A stretch of DNA of 64,000 nucleotides from Paracoccaceae bacterium (GTDB taxonomy: Bacteria > Pseudomonadota > Alphaproteobacteria > Rhodobacterales > Rhodobacteraceae): the NCBI GenBank assembly GCA_965221545.1, contig OZ244901.1, forward strand, positions 2,205,891 to 2,269,890, given 5' to 3'. Under the pieces are notes generated by a model. The model was not told the origin of the DNA, made no database searches, and was given only the letters and a program-made list of their open reading frames with translations. Of the stretch, positions 43,431-53,863 are shown one piece after another; positions within the stretch are counted from its first letter, which is position 1; the number at the start of each line of letters is the position of its first letter. The position numbers and the translations under genes are program-made.

Positions 43431-44219
43431 ATGCACGACTTTCTGTTTGGAATCTTCCCCTACATCGCGCTTGGCGTAGCGATCATGGGCACGATTGCGC
43501 GCTATGAGCGCGATCAGTTCACCTGGAAGACATCTTCGTCACAGTTGCTGCGGCGAAGGCAGCTGGTGATCGGCTCCATTCTGTTCCATGTCGGTGTGCT
43601 GGTGATCTTTTTCGGACATCTGGTTGGCCTGCTGACGCCAATTCAGGTATTCGAATTCATCGGCATCAGTCATGGCGCCAAGCAAATGCTTGCGTTGGTC
43701 GTGGGCGGGATTGCCGGCGTGATGGCGTTGATCGGTGGCGGAATGCTGTTCCACCGCCGATGGACAGACCCGCGCATTCGCCAGACCTCGAGCTTCTGGG
43801 ACATCACGATACTTGCATTGCTTCTGGTCCAATTGGTTCTGGGGCTCGGCACGATCTTTGTTTCGATCGACCATCTTGATGGGCACGAGATGGTGACATT
43901 CATGTTCTGGGCACAGGGCATCTTCACCTTCGACGCGGCTGCCGCAAGCTACATTGCGGATGCGGCACTGGTATTCAAGCTTCACTTGTTGCTTGGGCTG
44001 GTGATCATCTTGGTGTTTCCGTTCACTCGACTTGTCCACGTCCTGTCAGGCTTCGCGGTGCCGTTCCGCTACCTGTTGACACGCCCCGGCTACCAGGTCG
44101 TGCGTTCGCGCCGCAGCACCCCGCTGCCGAAGCGCTCCGGGCCTGCATCTCCAAAACAAGCCACGGCGAAATCCAAGTCCGCACCGCCGTCCGGCGCTGC
44201 CGCCGGACCGGCCGAGTGA
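43431..44219 (+). CDS. narI: Respiratory nitrate reductase gamma subunit (dihaem b), with a Lys/Pro/Ala-rich C-terminal tail
   Basis: Five TM segments with conserved His ligands. RBS GGAGG lies 5 nt before ATG 43431. Confidence 0.9.
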   Translation: MHDFLFGIFPYIALGVAIMGTIARYERDQFTWKTSSSQLLRRRQLVIGSILFHVGVLVIFFGHLVGLLTPIQVFEFIGISHGAKQMLALVVGGIAGVMALIGGGMLFHRRWTDPRIRQTSSFWDITILALLLVQLVLGLGTIFVSIDHLDGHEMVTFMFWAQGIFTFDAAAASYIADAALVFKLHLLLGLVIILVFPFTRLVHVLSGFAVPFRYLLTRPGYQVVRSRRSTPLPKRSGPASPKQATAKSKSAPPSGAAAGPAE

Positions 44220-45055
44220 CGGCGATGACCGCATCCCTGTTGCCGCCCCTCGTCGTGAATGGCGAGACGGTCCCACAAACAGCCATTGCCGCGGAGGCAC
44301 AGAACCACCCCGCTCCCGAGGGCAAGCCCGGATTCGCTTGGCGCAAGGCGGCCAACGCCTTGGCGGTGCGCACGCTCCTTTTGCAGGAAGCAAGTCGGCA
44401 GGGGCTCGAACCGGAACCGGCCGAAGTTGGAGCGGAAAGATTCGAAACAGATGAAGAAGCCTTGATCCGACAGCTTCTTGAGACTGTTCTTGAACTTGAC
44501 TCTCCGACTGAACAGGCCGTCCGCGCGGAATGGGAGCGCGATCCGTCTCGCTTTCGCACACCGCCCCTTTGGGAAGTGTCGCACATTCTTGTGGCTTGTG
44601 ATTCGCACGATGAGACCAGTCTGGCGAAGGCGCAGGCCAAGACGTTCGAACTTGCGAAGCGAGTTCGTGACAACCCGCAGGACTTTTCCCGAATTGCAGC
44701 GGCCGACAGTGACTGCAACTCACGGGCGACAGGAGGAAAGCTTGGCCAAGTTGGGCCGGGAGAGACTTCGTCCGAGTTCGAGGCAGCCTTGCGCAAGCTC
44801 TCCGAAGGCGACGTCACAGTCGAACCAGTTCTCACACGGCATGGTTGGCACATCATCCGCTTGGATGCCGTCGACGAGGGTGCGGTGCTTCCGTTCGAGG
44901 CCGTTCGCAAAAAGATTTCCGATGCCATGGAAAAGGCGGCTTGGGTCTGCAAGGCCCGATCCTACGTTCAGCAACTGGTCAAGTCAGCCGAGATTTCTGG
45001 CGCGGATCCATCCGCGTTCCAACCTCAAGCAAAGAGGTCTGGCGACCCAATCTGA
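44216..45055 (+). CDS. Parvulin-type peptidyl-prolyl cis-trans isomerase, nar-cluster associated
   Basis: PpiC domain (HILV...GGKLGQVGPGETSSEFEAAL...TRHGWHIIRL). GTGA overlap with the narI stop. Confidence 0.75.
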   Translation: MTAMTASLLPPLVVNGETVPQTAIAAEAQNHPAPEGKPGFAWRKAANALAVRTLLLQEASRQGLEPEPAEVGAERFETDEEALIRQLLETVLELDSPTEQAVRAEWERDPSRFRTPPLWEVSHILVACDSHDETSLAKAQAKTFELAKRVRDNPQDFSRIAAADSDCNSRATGGKLGQVGPGETSSEFEAALRKLSEGDVTVEPVLTRHGWHIIRLDAVDEGAVLPFEAVRKKISDAMEKAAWVCKARSYVQQLVKSAEISGADPSAFQPQAKRSGDPI

Positions 45056-45206
45056 CGCGCGCGCTGCAGCACGATCAATTCGCCAATGCCGCAAAGGAAG
45101 AGATTGCAGGCATGCGTCCTTACGACTGAACTTGCGCACATGTGTCACTGAGTGACGGTAGCGATGTCGCGCCCGCGCTCGGGCGGACGGGTTCAGCCAA
45201 GCTGTT

Positions 45207-47660
45207 TCAGTGGGTCATGACCTCGGTTTCACCAGACCGGGCCGCCGCCGCACGTTGGGCCAGCGCGGCATATTCGGCCTCTTCGTCCCATTCGATGGGC
45301 TCCGGTTCCCGAACGAGCGCGTGCTTCAGGACCTCGGAAACCGTCGAGACGGGGATGATGTTCAATCCGTCCTTCACGTTGTCGGGAATTTCCGGCAGAT
45401 CTTTCTCGTTCTCTTCGGGTATCAAGACCATCGTGATCCCGCCGCGGCGGGCCGCCAGCAGTTTTTCTTTCAGGCCGCCAATTGCAAGGACATTGCCACG
45501 CAGCGTGATCTCGCCGGTCATTGCAATGTCTTTCCGGACCGGAATCTGCGTGAGCACCGAGACGATCGAAGTGACCATTGCCACGCCCGCAGACGGACCA
45601 TCCTTAGGCGTTGCACCTTCCGGAACATGAACGTGGATGTCCATTGTATCAAACCTGGTTGGTCGCACGCCGATGGACGGCGCGATTGACCTTGCAAAGC
45701 TCGAAGCGGCGTCGATGGACTCTTTCATCACGTCGCCAAGCTTTCCGGTTGTCTTCATTCTTCCCTTGCCGGGAAGCTTCAGCGCCTCGATCGAAAGGAG
45801 ATCGCCCCCGGTCTGGGTCCAGGCGAGGCCCGTGACGGCTCCCACCTGATCGGACTTTTCGGCCAGACCGTAGCGGAATTTCTTGACGCCAAGGAAGTCT
45901 TCCAGCTTCTCCGGTGTCACCACGACCTTCTTGTCTTCCTTTCGTACAATCCGAGTCACGGCCTTGCGTGCAAGCTTGGCGATCTCGCGCTCAAGGTTCC
46001 TGACACCTGCTTCGCGCGTATAGGTGCGGATGATCTCGGTCAGGGCCTCGTCCGACAGCTCGAATTCGGACGCCTTGAGGCCGTGTCCCTTGATCTGCTT
46101 TTCGAGCAGGTGCTGCTTCGCGATTTCGCGCTTTTCGTCTTCCGTGTAGCCAGCGAGCGGAATGGTCTCCATCCGGTCCAGAAGGGGGCTAGGCATGTTG
46201 TAGGTGTTCGCGGTCGTCAGGAACATGACATTCGAGAGGTCGTACTCGATCTCCATGTAGTGATCGGTGAACGTAGAGTTCTGTTCGGGATCCAGCACTT
46301 CCAGCATCGCGGACGCGGGATCTCCCCGAAAGTCGTGACCCATCTTGTCGATCTCGTCGAGCAGGATGAGCGGATTGACGGTCTTGGCCTTTTTCATGCC
46401 CTGGATGATCTTGCCGGGCATCGAACCGATATAGGTTCGCCTGTGCCCGCGGATTTCCGCCTCGTCGCGCACGCCGCCCAGGCTGATGCGAATGAACTCG
46501 CGTCCGGTTGCCCTTGCCACCGACTTGCCGAGCGACGTCTTTCCGACGCCCGGTGGTCCGACGAGACAGAGAATTGGCCCTTTCAGCTTCTTGGATCGCT
46601 GCTGGACCGCGAGGTATTCGACAATGCGCTCCTTCACCTTTTCCAATCCGTAATGGTCGCTGTCGAGAATCTCCTGCGCACGACCCAGATCCTTTTTGAC
46701 GCGGGATTTCACGCCCCATGGAATCGTCAGCATCCAGTCCAGGTAGTTGCGCACCACGGTTGCCTCGGCGCTCATCGGCGACATGGACTTGAGCTTCTTC
46801 AGTTCGCCTTCGGCCTTTTCGCGGGCTTCCTTGGAGAGTTTCGTGTTGGCGATTTTCTCCTCGATCTCGGTGACTTCGTTCGTCCCGTCCTCGCCATCGC
46901 CAAGCTCCTTCTGAATGGCCTTCATCTGCTCATTCAGGTAATATTCCTTTTGCGTCCGCTCCATCTGGGACCTGACGCGCGTCTTTATCTTCTTTTCGAC
47001 CTGAAGTACTTCCAGTTCGCCTTGGATAAGGCCGTAGACTGCCTCGAGCCGCTCCGCGACGGAGAGCATTTCCAGGAGCTCCTGCCTCTTTTCGACTTCG
47101 ACGCCGAGATGACCTGAGACGAGGTCGGCGAGCTTCGATGCGTCCTTGCTTTCCGAGACCTGATACAGCGCTTCTTCGGAAACGTTTTTCCTGACCTTCA
47201 CGTAGCGTTCAAATTCCTTTGCCACCGAGCCTACAAGGGCCTGGATGGCAGCCTTGTCGCCGAGCTCTTCTTCCAGTTCCTCCGCGCGTGCCTCGAAGTA
47301 GTTCTCGTTGTCCAAGTATTCCGTGATGCGTACGCGGTTTCGCCCCTCAACCAGCACCTTGACGGTCCCGTCGGGCAACTTGAGGAGTTGCAGGACATTG
47401 GCCAGCACACCGACCTCGTAGATGCCGTCAATTTCCGGATCGTCGATGGAAGGATCAATCTGGCTTGAGAGGAGGATCTGCTTGTCTTCCCGCATGACTT
47501 CGTCAAGCGCACGCACCGATTTTTCACGCCCAACGAACAGCGGGACGATCATGTGGGGAAACACGACGATGTCCCTGAGGGGAAGCACCGGGAAGGGCGT
47601 TGGCAGTGGCTTGGTCATGAAGTTGTCCCGTTCTGCGAGTAGGTCCGATCGCTGTGACAC
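45207..47660 (-). CDS. lon: ATP-dependent Lon protease
   Basis: PVLPLRDIVVFPHM N-domain, Walker A GPPGVGKTS, protease site PKDGPSAG. Start is either GTG 47660 or ATG 47618. Confidence 0.95.
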   Translation of the reverse strand: MSQRSDLLAERDNFMTKPLPTPFPVLPLRDIVVFPHMIVPLFVGREKSVRALDEVMREDKQILLSSQIDPSIDDPEIDGIYEVGVLANVLQLLKLPDGTVKVLVEGRNRVRITEYLDNENYFEARAEELEEELGDKAAIQALVGSVAKEFERYVKVRKNVSEEALYQVSESKDASKLADLVSGHLGVEVEKRQELLEMLSVAERLEAVYGLIQGELEVLQVEKKIKTRVRSQMERTQKEYYLNEQMKAIQKELGDGEDGTNEVTEIEEKIANTKLSKEAREKAEGELKKLKSMSPMSAEATVVRNYLDWMLTIPWGVKSRVKKDLGRAQEILDSDHYGLEKVKERIVEYLAVQQRSKKLKGPILCLVGPPGVGKTSLGKSVARATGREFIRISLGGVRDEAEIRGHRRTYIGSMPGKIIQGMKKAKTVNPLILLDEIDKMGHDFRGDPASAMLEVLDPEQNSTFTDHYMEIEYDLSNVMFLTTANTYNMPSPLLDRMETIPLAGYTEDEKREIAKQHLLEKQIKGHGLKASEFELSDEALTEIIRTYTREAGVRNLEREIAKLARKAVTRIVRKEDKKVVVTPEKLEDFLGVKKFRYGLAEKSDQVGAVTGLAWTQTGGDLLSIEALKLPGKGRMKTTGKLGDVMKESIDAASSFARSIAPSIGVRPTRFDTMDIHVHVPEGATPKDGPSAGVAMVTSIVSVLTQIPVRKDIAMTGEITLRGNVLAIGGLKEKLLAARRGGITMVLIPEENEKDLPEIPDNVKDGLNIIPVSTVSEVLKHALVREPEPIEWDEEAEYAALAQRAAAARSGETEVMTH

Positions 47661-47834
47661 CGATTCGGCACTTCTCCTGATTGTGGCTTCTTTACTTGGT
47701 TATGGGTCAGGCGACCTTCAACCTCTGCTCGTGGATCAAGTCTGCATTTCGCGACCGTCAAAGGCAAGCGCGTTGGCACGCGCACGCCAAGTTGAGAGGT
47801 GCAATCATTTGGCGTCTGCTGCAGTTGCTGCAGT

Positions 47835-47868
47835 CAAAAATGAATGGGCCGGCGCTAGGACCGGCCCA
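47835..47868 (-). terminator. Intrinsic terminator after the BI-1 family gene
   Basis: On the minus strand: ATGGGCCGG-8 nt loop-CCGGCCCAT, followed by TCATTTTT. Confidence 0.7.
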
Positions 47869-47890
47869 TGTCATCACTTTCAAACCTTGG

Positions 47891-48631
47891 TTATTCCCTG
47901 CTGCCCATGAACTGCAGCAGGAACATGAAGAGATTGATGAAGTCCAGATAGAGGCTCAGCGCCCCCATGATTGCAGACTTTTCGAGCCATTCCTGATCCA
48001 TGGCATGGGCGTGGGCCAGGTAGTCCGTCTTGATCCTTTGGGTGTCGTAAGCGGTGAGACCCGCGAAGATCAGGACGCCGATCACCGAGACGGCAAATGC
48101 CAGCGCGCTCGACGCCACGAAGAGGTTGATCACCATTGCGATGATCAGGCCGATCAGGCCCATCATGAGGAACGACCCAAAACCGGAAAGGTCGCGCTTT
48201 GTCGTGTAGCCCCAAAGGCTCAGAGCCGCGAAACCGGCCGAGGTCGCAACGAAAGTCTGGGCGATCGATATGCCGGTGAAGACGGCGAATATCCAGGAGA
48301 TCGAGAGGCCCATGGCCGCCGCAAACACGTAGAAGAAGGTTTGTGCGGCAGCTGCCGAAATCCGGTTGATCATGCCGCCGAAGAGGAAGACCATTCCCAA
48401 CGGGAGAAACATCGCGACCCAGCCCAGAATGTTCGGGCTTCCGGTAATCGGATCGCGGAAAATCGCCGAGAGTGCATCGCTCGTGCCGACGCCCCATGCC
48501 ACGGCTGCCGTGACCAGCATGCCTACGGACATGATGCCGTAGACCTTGTTCATGTGCGCGCGCAGACCTTCGTGAATCTCGACCGATTGCGCGTCCGTCG
48601 CGGTCGTATGGATGGTGTCGTACCTGTCCAT
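47891..48631 (-). CDS. Bax inhibitor-1/YccA family membrane protein
   Basis: Seven TM segments. HMNKVYGIMSVGMLVTA start region and YLDFINLFMFLLQFMG C-terminus, typical of BI-1/YccA. Confidence 0.85.
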   Translation of the reverse strand: MDRYDTIHTTATDAQSVEIHEGLRAHMNKVYGIMSVGMLVTAAVAWGVGTSDALSAIFRDPITGSPNILGWVAMFLPLGMVFLFGGMINRISAAAAQTFFYVFAAAMGLSISWIFAVFTGISIAQTFVATSAGFAALSLWGYTTKRDLSGFGSFLMMGLIGLIIAMVINLFVASSALAFAVSVIGVLIFAGLTAYDTQRIKTDYLAHAHAMDQEWLEKSAIMGALSLYLDFINLFMFLLQFMGSRE

Positions 48632-49273
48632 CAATTGTGCTCCTTCCTGTCTCAACGTGCCGGAGTACGGCTTTCGAAAGGCAATATGGCAAAATCGACG
48701 TAAATTTCAACCTTCAGATGGCAAAAGGCCCGTCGCTCTCCTTCCGGTTTCATGTGCATGCGTGCACTTGGCCGGATGCTGCGTCTGCCCGTGTTCCCGC
48801 AATTTCGTCGTGCGGCACCAAAATTCCGGAAGCCCTCGCAACTAGATACCGCATCTTGAGACATCGATTGACAATGAACGGGCCGCCATTGCACTTTGCC
48901 AGAGCGTCTGCGGGTTTGGCGTGAGGCCGGTCAAATACGGCGTTGCCGCCCAAGTCTTCCCGGAGCCATAAGCAAGGTGCGAATTGACCGGTTGAGTTCA
49001 TTCACTGATAGGAAGATCTTTGCGCTTCACCCGTTCCGGAAAATGTTGAGGATCAGAATCGCCAAGGTTGCTGCATTTTTCCCGGCGGCATCGGCGGTTT
49101 GGTCCTGCTGGTGCTGTATTCCCTGGTTCTTGAGATCTGAACCATGTTGAATCGAGTCTCATGACCCGGGATCAAGTTGCCGAAGCGCTGGTGCCAAGCA
49201 CGGGACTCTGCCCTGGGCCAGACCTGATCGCACATGTTCTGTCGCGCAAGATGTGGACCGGGAGTCGCGCTTC

Positions 49274-50548
49274 ATGGATGTAAATCTCATTGTCATCCTG
49301 ACTCTGGCGATTATTGCCGGACTCTATATGGCCTGGGCCATCGGCGCCAACGACGTAGCGAATTCGATGGGGACGTCAGTTGGATCTGGTGCAATCACGG
49401 TCGGTACGGCCATCGTGATCGCCGCCGTGTTCGAATTCCTCGGGGCGTTTCTGGCCGGCGGCGAGGTAACCTCCACGATTCGCAAGGGCATCATCGACAC
49501 TGAAGCACTTGAGCACGACCCGAATCTACTTGTTGTCGGCATGCTGTCAGCGCTTCTCTCGGCCGCCGTTTGGCTGACGATCGCGTCGGCGTTTGGCTGG
49601 CCGGTGTCAACTACGCATTCGATCGTCGGAGCCATTATCGGATTTGCCGTGGTCGCGATCGGCTTAGATGCGGTGCACTGGTGGGATGTGGCCGCCATTG
49701 CCGCAAGTTGGGTAGCTACGCCCGTTATTGCCGGAGTGATCTCGTTTTGCCTCGTGCTAAGCGTGCAGCGGCTAATCTTCGACAAGAGCGATCCAGCCTA
49801 CTTTGCTTGTCGCTATGTTCCCGTCTACATCTTCGCAGCAGTGTTCATCACTTCGGCCGTGACATTCGTCAAGGGCTTGAAGCATGTCGGGCTGGACCTG
49901 AGCATGCCGGTCGCCCTATTTTACTCCATGATGGTTGCGGGCGTCGTCGCCGTGGCCGGCCGCCTGCTCATTTATCGGCTGGGTTTCCCGAGTCTTGAGT
50001 TCCCTACAGGAAGACAGGCTCGCTTTGACGATGTGGAGAGGGTTTTTGGCATCCTGATGATCATCACCGCATCGGGCATGGCGTTTGCCCACGGATCAAA
50101 CGATGTCGCCAACGCGATCGGACCCGTCGCGGCAATTGTCGGAGTTGTGTCGACAGGTGGCGTGGCCGCAAAGTCAGTGGTTCCGGTCTGGGTCTTGCTT
50201 CTGGGCGCGAGCGGCATCGTGGTCGGGCTGGCAACATTCGGGTACCGGGTAATGGCCACGATTGGCCGGAAGATCACCGAACTGACGCCCAGCCGCGGCT
50301 TCGCAGCCGAACTTGCGGCCGCTTCCACGGTCGTTGTGGCCAGCGGCACCGGCCTGCCGGTTTCAACGACCCAGACGCTGGTGGGCGCCGTGCTGGGGGT
50401 CGGCCTCGCGCGCGGTGTCGGTGAACTGGAATTCGGCGTGGTTCGCGCAATTTTCGTGTCTTGGGTCATCACGCTTCCCGTTGGTGCGGCGATCGCTGTG
50501 ATGTTCTATTACATCTTGGCGGCAATGTTCCTGGGAGGTGCAGGCTGA
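49274..50548 (+). CDS. Inorganic phosphate transporter, PiT family
   Basis: Duplicated GANDVANSMGTSVG / GSNDVANAIGP signature motifs. Confidence 0.9.
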   Translation: MDVNLIVILTLAIIAGLYMAWAIGANDVANSMGTSVGSGAITVGTAIVIAAVFEFLGAFLAGGEVTSTIRKGIIDTEALEHDPNLLVVGMLSALLSAAVWLTIASAFGWPVSTTHSIVGAIIGFAVVAIGLDAVHWWDVAAIAASWVATPVIAGVISFCLVLSVQRLIFDKSDPAYFACRYVPVYIFAAVFITSAVTFVKGLKHVGLDLSMPVALFYSMMVAGVVAVAGRLLIYRLGFPSLEFPTGRQARFDDVERVFGILMIITASGMAFAHGSNDVANAIGPVAAIVGVVSTGGVAAKSVVPVWVLLLGASGIVVGLATFGYRVMATIGRKITELTPSRGFAAELAAASTVVVASGTGLPVSTTQTLVGAVLGVGLARGVGELEFGVVRAIFVSWVITLPVGAAIAVMFYYILAAMFLGGAG

Positions 50549-51189
50549 TGAGACTCGCCGAAGAATTCCTGCTTTTGCTGCGAGACGACGACGGGGCGCT
50601 TTCGCGAGCGCCTGAATGGTCTGTTCGGTACGCTTTGGGCGGCGCTGTATTGATGGATCTGGCGCTGGAACGACGCATCGACACGGATGCCCAACGACTG
50701 TTCGTGATCGATTTCACGCCCGTTGGAGATCAGTTGCTTGATCCGATGCTTGCAGAGATTGCTCGTGCCGACCGGACCTACGACGCTCTCCATTGGGTCA
50801 GACACGCCACCCGGCGTGCTGACCAAATACGGAATACGGCGTTGGCGCGGTTGATCGAAAACCGCATTCTGGAACTCAGCGACGATCGCTACTTGCGGAT
50901 ATTCGGGGCAAGGCATTACATGCTCAAGGATGAGGCGACGGAACGCAGGCTGACCGAGCGGATCAAGTCGGCGCTGCTTGCCGATTCGATCCCGGATCCG
51001 AAGGACGTCATGATCGTGACGCTTGCCGACGGCTGCGGGCTTGTTTCCCATGTTCTGTCCGCGCATGAACTGGATGTTGCGAAAGCACGCATCGAATTGT
51101 TGCGCAGGGTCGAATTGATCGGTCGGGTTTTCCTTGAAGCACTTGAGGTGGCTGTCCAGCCTGCCGCAGCCAAACTTGACAAGGAATGA
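50548..51189 (+). CDS. GPP34/GOLPH3-family protein
   Basis: MRLAEEFLLLLRDDDG...LGGAVLMDLAL start typical of bacterial GPP34 proteins. Its ATG shares one nucleotide with the PiT stop codon (TGATG). Confidence 0.65.
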   Translation: MRLAEEFLLLLRDDDGALSRAPEWSVRYALGGAVLMDLALERRIDTDAQRLFVIDFTPVGDQLLDPMLAEIARADRTYDALHWVRHATRRADQIRNTALARLIENRILELSDDRYLRIFGARHYMLKDEATERRLTERIKSALLADSIPDPKDVMIVTLADGCGLVSHVLSAHELDVAKARIELLRRVELIGRVFLEALEVAVQPAAAKLDKE

Positions 51190-51341
51190 CCCACCACTCG
51201 TCTGCCGTGCAATGGCACTTCACATTATCAAAGGTCTGGGCTCAGGATCACTTGCAGCAGAAACGCTGGCGGCGATACGAGGCTTGACGGCACTGGTTCT
51301 GCCGCATACGCCGCATCGAGCGTGTGCTTAGGAGATGGTCA

Positions 51342-52133
51342 ATGCCGGAAGGCGACTCAGAGAGCGTTGAGCTCTGGTCCGTGGCCGAGCGTTTGGCAGA
51401 TGCCGCACGTGAGGAAACCCTGCGCCATTTCCGCGCACGGAATCTGACTGTGGAGAGCAAGAGCGAACATTTTGACCCGGTTACGATTGCCGACAGGAAT
51501 GCAGAATCCTCGATGCGCTCGATCCTCACAGAACTTCGACCCGAAGATGGCATATTTGGCGAGGAGTTCGAGCAAAAACACGGCGTTAGCGGCCTGACGT
51601 GGGTTCTTGATCCGATTGACGGCACGAGAGGGTTCATTTGCGGAACGCCAACTTGGGGCGTTTTGATTGCACTTGCTGGCGACGACGGACCGCTTCTTGG
51701 GCTGATCGACCAACCTTATGTCGGTGAGCGATTCATGGGCGGTCGAGGCAGGGCGGTTCTTGAAGGACCGCATGGCAGCCGCCCGTTGAGAGTAAGCGAA
51801 ACAAAGACACTGGATGACGCCAAGTTGTTCACGACGTTCCCGGAAGTCGGCACGATTGCCGAAGCGGCGGCGTTTCGACGTGTTTCCAGCAAGGTGCAGT
51901 TTACCCGCTACGGTTGCGATTGCTATGCATACGGGCTGCTCGCCGCAGGCCAGATCGATCTTGTAATTGAAGCCGGCCTCAAGGCCTACGACATTCAGGC
52001 GCCCATCGCCGTGATCGAGGCAGCAGGTGGAATTGTCAGCGACTGGCAAGGACAGCCTGCTCACGGGGGGGGCAGGGTGCTTGCAGCGGCCACGGCCGAA
52101 TTGCACGAGGCCGCCATGGAGTTGATGGCATGA
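51342..52133 (+). CDS. hisN: Inositol-monophosphatase-family histidinol-phosphatase
   Basis: DPVTIADRNAES, WVLDPIDGTRGF, LIDQPYVGERF pattern. RBS AGGAGA 6 nt upstream. Confidence 0.7.
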   Translation: MPEGDSESVELWSVAERLADAAREETLRHFRARNLTVESKSEHFDPVTIADRNAESSMRSILTELRPEDGIFGEEFEQKHGVSGLTWVLDPIDGTRGFICGTPTWGVLIALAGDDGPLLGLIDQPYVGERFMGGRGRAVLEGPHGSRPLRVSETKTLDDAKLFTTFPEVGTIAEAAAFRRVSSKVQFTRYGCDCYAYGLLAAGQIDLVIEAGLKAYDIQAPIAVIEAAGGIVSDWQGQPAHGGGRVLAAATAELHEAAMELMA

Positions 52134-52287
52134 TCTGTCGCCTTGGCAATCCAGGCAAGCAGTCCTTGCCATGATGGGGTCTGGATGCATGAACTGACCC
52201 CGTGCCCTTCGTACTCCCCGCGTGCACACAGTCCGTCCCTGCCGTCGGCAGCGGAGGCGACCTGCTAAGCATGGCACTCATGCAAGT

Positions 52288-52301
52288 CAGGCAATTGCCT
52301 G
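52288..52301. promoter_or_regulatory. Perfect 14-bp palindrome CAGGCAATTGCCTG (candidate operator)
   Basis: Seen directly, about 85 bp upstream of the VOC-family gene start. No cognate regulator in view. Confidence 0.2.
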
Positions 52302-52383
52302 CCATCTTGCCTTCCCTATCGTCTTCGCACGCACTACCGTCATTGCCGTAAGCAGTTCACCCCGGAACCACTCGGCTGGAGAC

Positions 52384-52773
52384 ATGACAATGCAGCTTGG
52401 CGCCTTCTCTATCAGCCTTGCCGTTCAGGACCTTGCAGTGTCGCGGACATTCTACGAAGAGCTCGGTTTCCACGTGACGGGCGGCGACGAAAAGCAGTAC
52501 TTGATAATGGTGAACGGAACTACCGTCATCGGCCTGTTTCAGGGGCTATTCGAGAAGAACATCCTCACGTTCAATCCAGGATTGGCCCAAGACATGTCCC
52601 GCATCGCCGAATTTACCGACGTGCGCGACATTCGCGCGTCCCTCTTGGCCGGCGGGATCGAAATGGAGTCCGATACTGACCCGTCAGCGACCGGGCCTGC
52701 GAGCATCATCATCAAGGATCCCGACGGAAACCCGATCCTCATCGACCAGTTCTTTCCGAAGCCGGGCAGTTGA
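52384..52773 (+). CDS. VOC (glyoxalase/bleomycin-resistance/dioxygenase) family protein
   Basis: [20 protein letters not shown]...[13 protein letters not shown] pattern of the beta-alpha-beta-beta-beta VOC fold. Confidence 0.6.
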   Translation: MTMQLGAFSISLAVQDLAVSRTFYEELGFHVTGGDEKQYLIMVNGTTVIGLFQGLFEKNILTFNPGLAQDMSRIAEFTDVRDIRASLLAGGIEMESDTDPSATGPASIIIKDPDGNPILIDQFFPKPGS

Positions 52774-53174
52774 TGGCTCCCTCGGGACTGCGGCTTAGCC
52801 CAAGGCCCTCCGACAATTCCTTGTTTGACGGCAGTCGAGGCCGAACTGCCGGAAACGTCACCCTCGCAGGAGGCGCGTCAAGCGTCATGAGCCGATTGCA
52901 GTCATGTGGAGACAGATATTCCACGGGCCGCCGGTCGATGCGAACGTGATGTCAGTGGCCATGCCGATCAGGCCGACTCGAACGCTGAGCCAACGCACAT
53001 CGTTCAGCGCCTCTTGCACTCACCCTTGCAGGCTGGCGACATTGAATCGTCTCGTGAACCGTGACGAGCATCTGAAATGGGCGGCTTGAGTGCGTTGCCA
53101 ACTCAGGCAAGCGAGGTCCGAGTCAATTGCTCGGGATCAAGGAGCCCGTACGGCCATCTCTTTCCGCTGATCCC

Positions 53175-53768
53175 TCAACCCTTGGGCGCGAAGGCCGCCA
53201 GTGCCACGACAGCGACCATCGCTGCCGCCATTCCCACATTGATGCCTCGCTGCCACTTCTCGGGCAGTCTCATCCGCCTAATCGTGACGCCGGCACACAG
53301 CCACGCAACATGAATTGAGAGCCACAGAACGTTAAGAAGAAGTAATTTTACTCCGATCTCCAAAAGGGGATGTTCGGCCATGAACGCGAACCCGGAATAC
53401 AAAGTCGTGTTCACCACATAAGCCTTCGGATTGACCGCCTGAAGCAGGATGCCGCCCCGGATTCCGGGCGGGCTCGGCTGCTCGATAAATGCAATTCTCG
53501 TCCCGGCAAAGGCGATACGGGAGGCCAGCCACAGCAGATAGGCCACCGACGCCATCGTCAGGACCACTCGGATTCCGGGTTCGGCAAGCACCAGAGCCGC
53601 CAGTCCGCTGATCACGGCGAAGCACACGAGGTTTGTGCCGACAAAGAGCCCCGCCAGGTACCGGACGCCATGCGCATATCCGAATGCCGACCCAACGCCC
53701 GCGAGAGACAGAACACCGGGACCGGGCGTGACGATCAGGAAGAAGACAGCCAGAACGAAACTTACCAT
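53175..53768 (-). CDS. LysE/RhtB-family amino-acid exporter
   Basis: N-terminal FFLIVTPGPGVL motif. About six TM segments, 197 aa. Confidence 0.8.
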   Translation of the reverse strand: MVSFVLAVFFLIVTPGPGVLSLAGVGSAFGYAHGVRYLAGLFVGTNLVCFAVISGLAALVLAEPGIRVVLTMASVAYLLWLASRIAFAGTRIAFIEQPSPPGIRGGILLQAVNPKAYVVNTTLYSGFAFMAEHPLLEIGVKLLLLNVLWLSIHVAWLCAGVTIRRMRLPEKWQRGINVGMAAAMVAVVALAAFAPKG

Positions 53769-53863
53769 GACCGCTCATTGCCTAGGGAGTCTCAGGAAGC
53801 GCAAAGCATCGGTTGTCTCACGCGAGCATTCGCGCTTCATCGGGTCGGAGAGATGTGTCGAGG

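Noticed and set aside
52774-53174. Possible gene relic in the 400-bp VOC-LysE convergent spacer (minus-strand frame ...EALNDVRWLSVRVGLIGMATDITFASTGGPWNI...)
   Set aside because: The frame is short, has no clear start and contains no recognisable motif. The evidence is insufficient.
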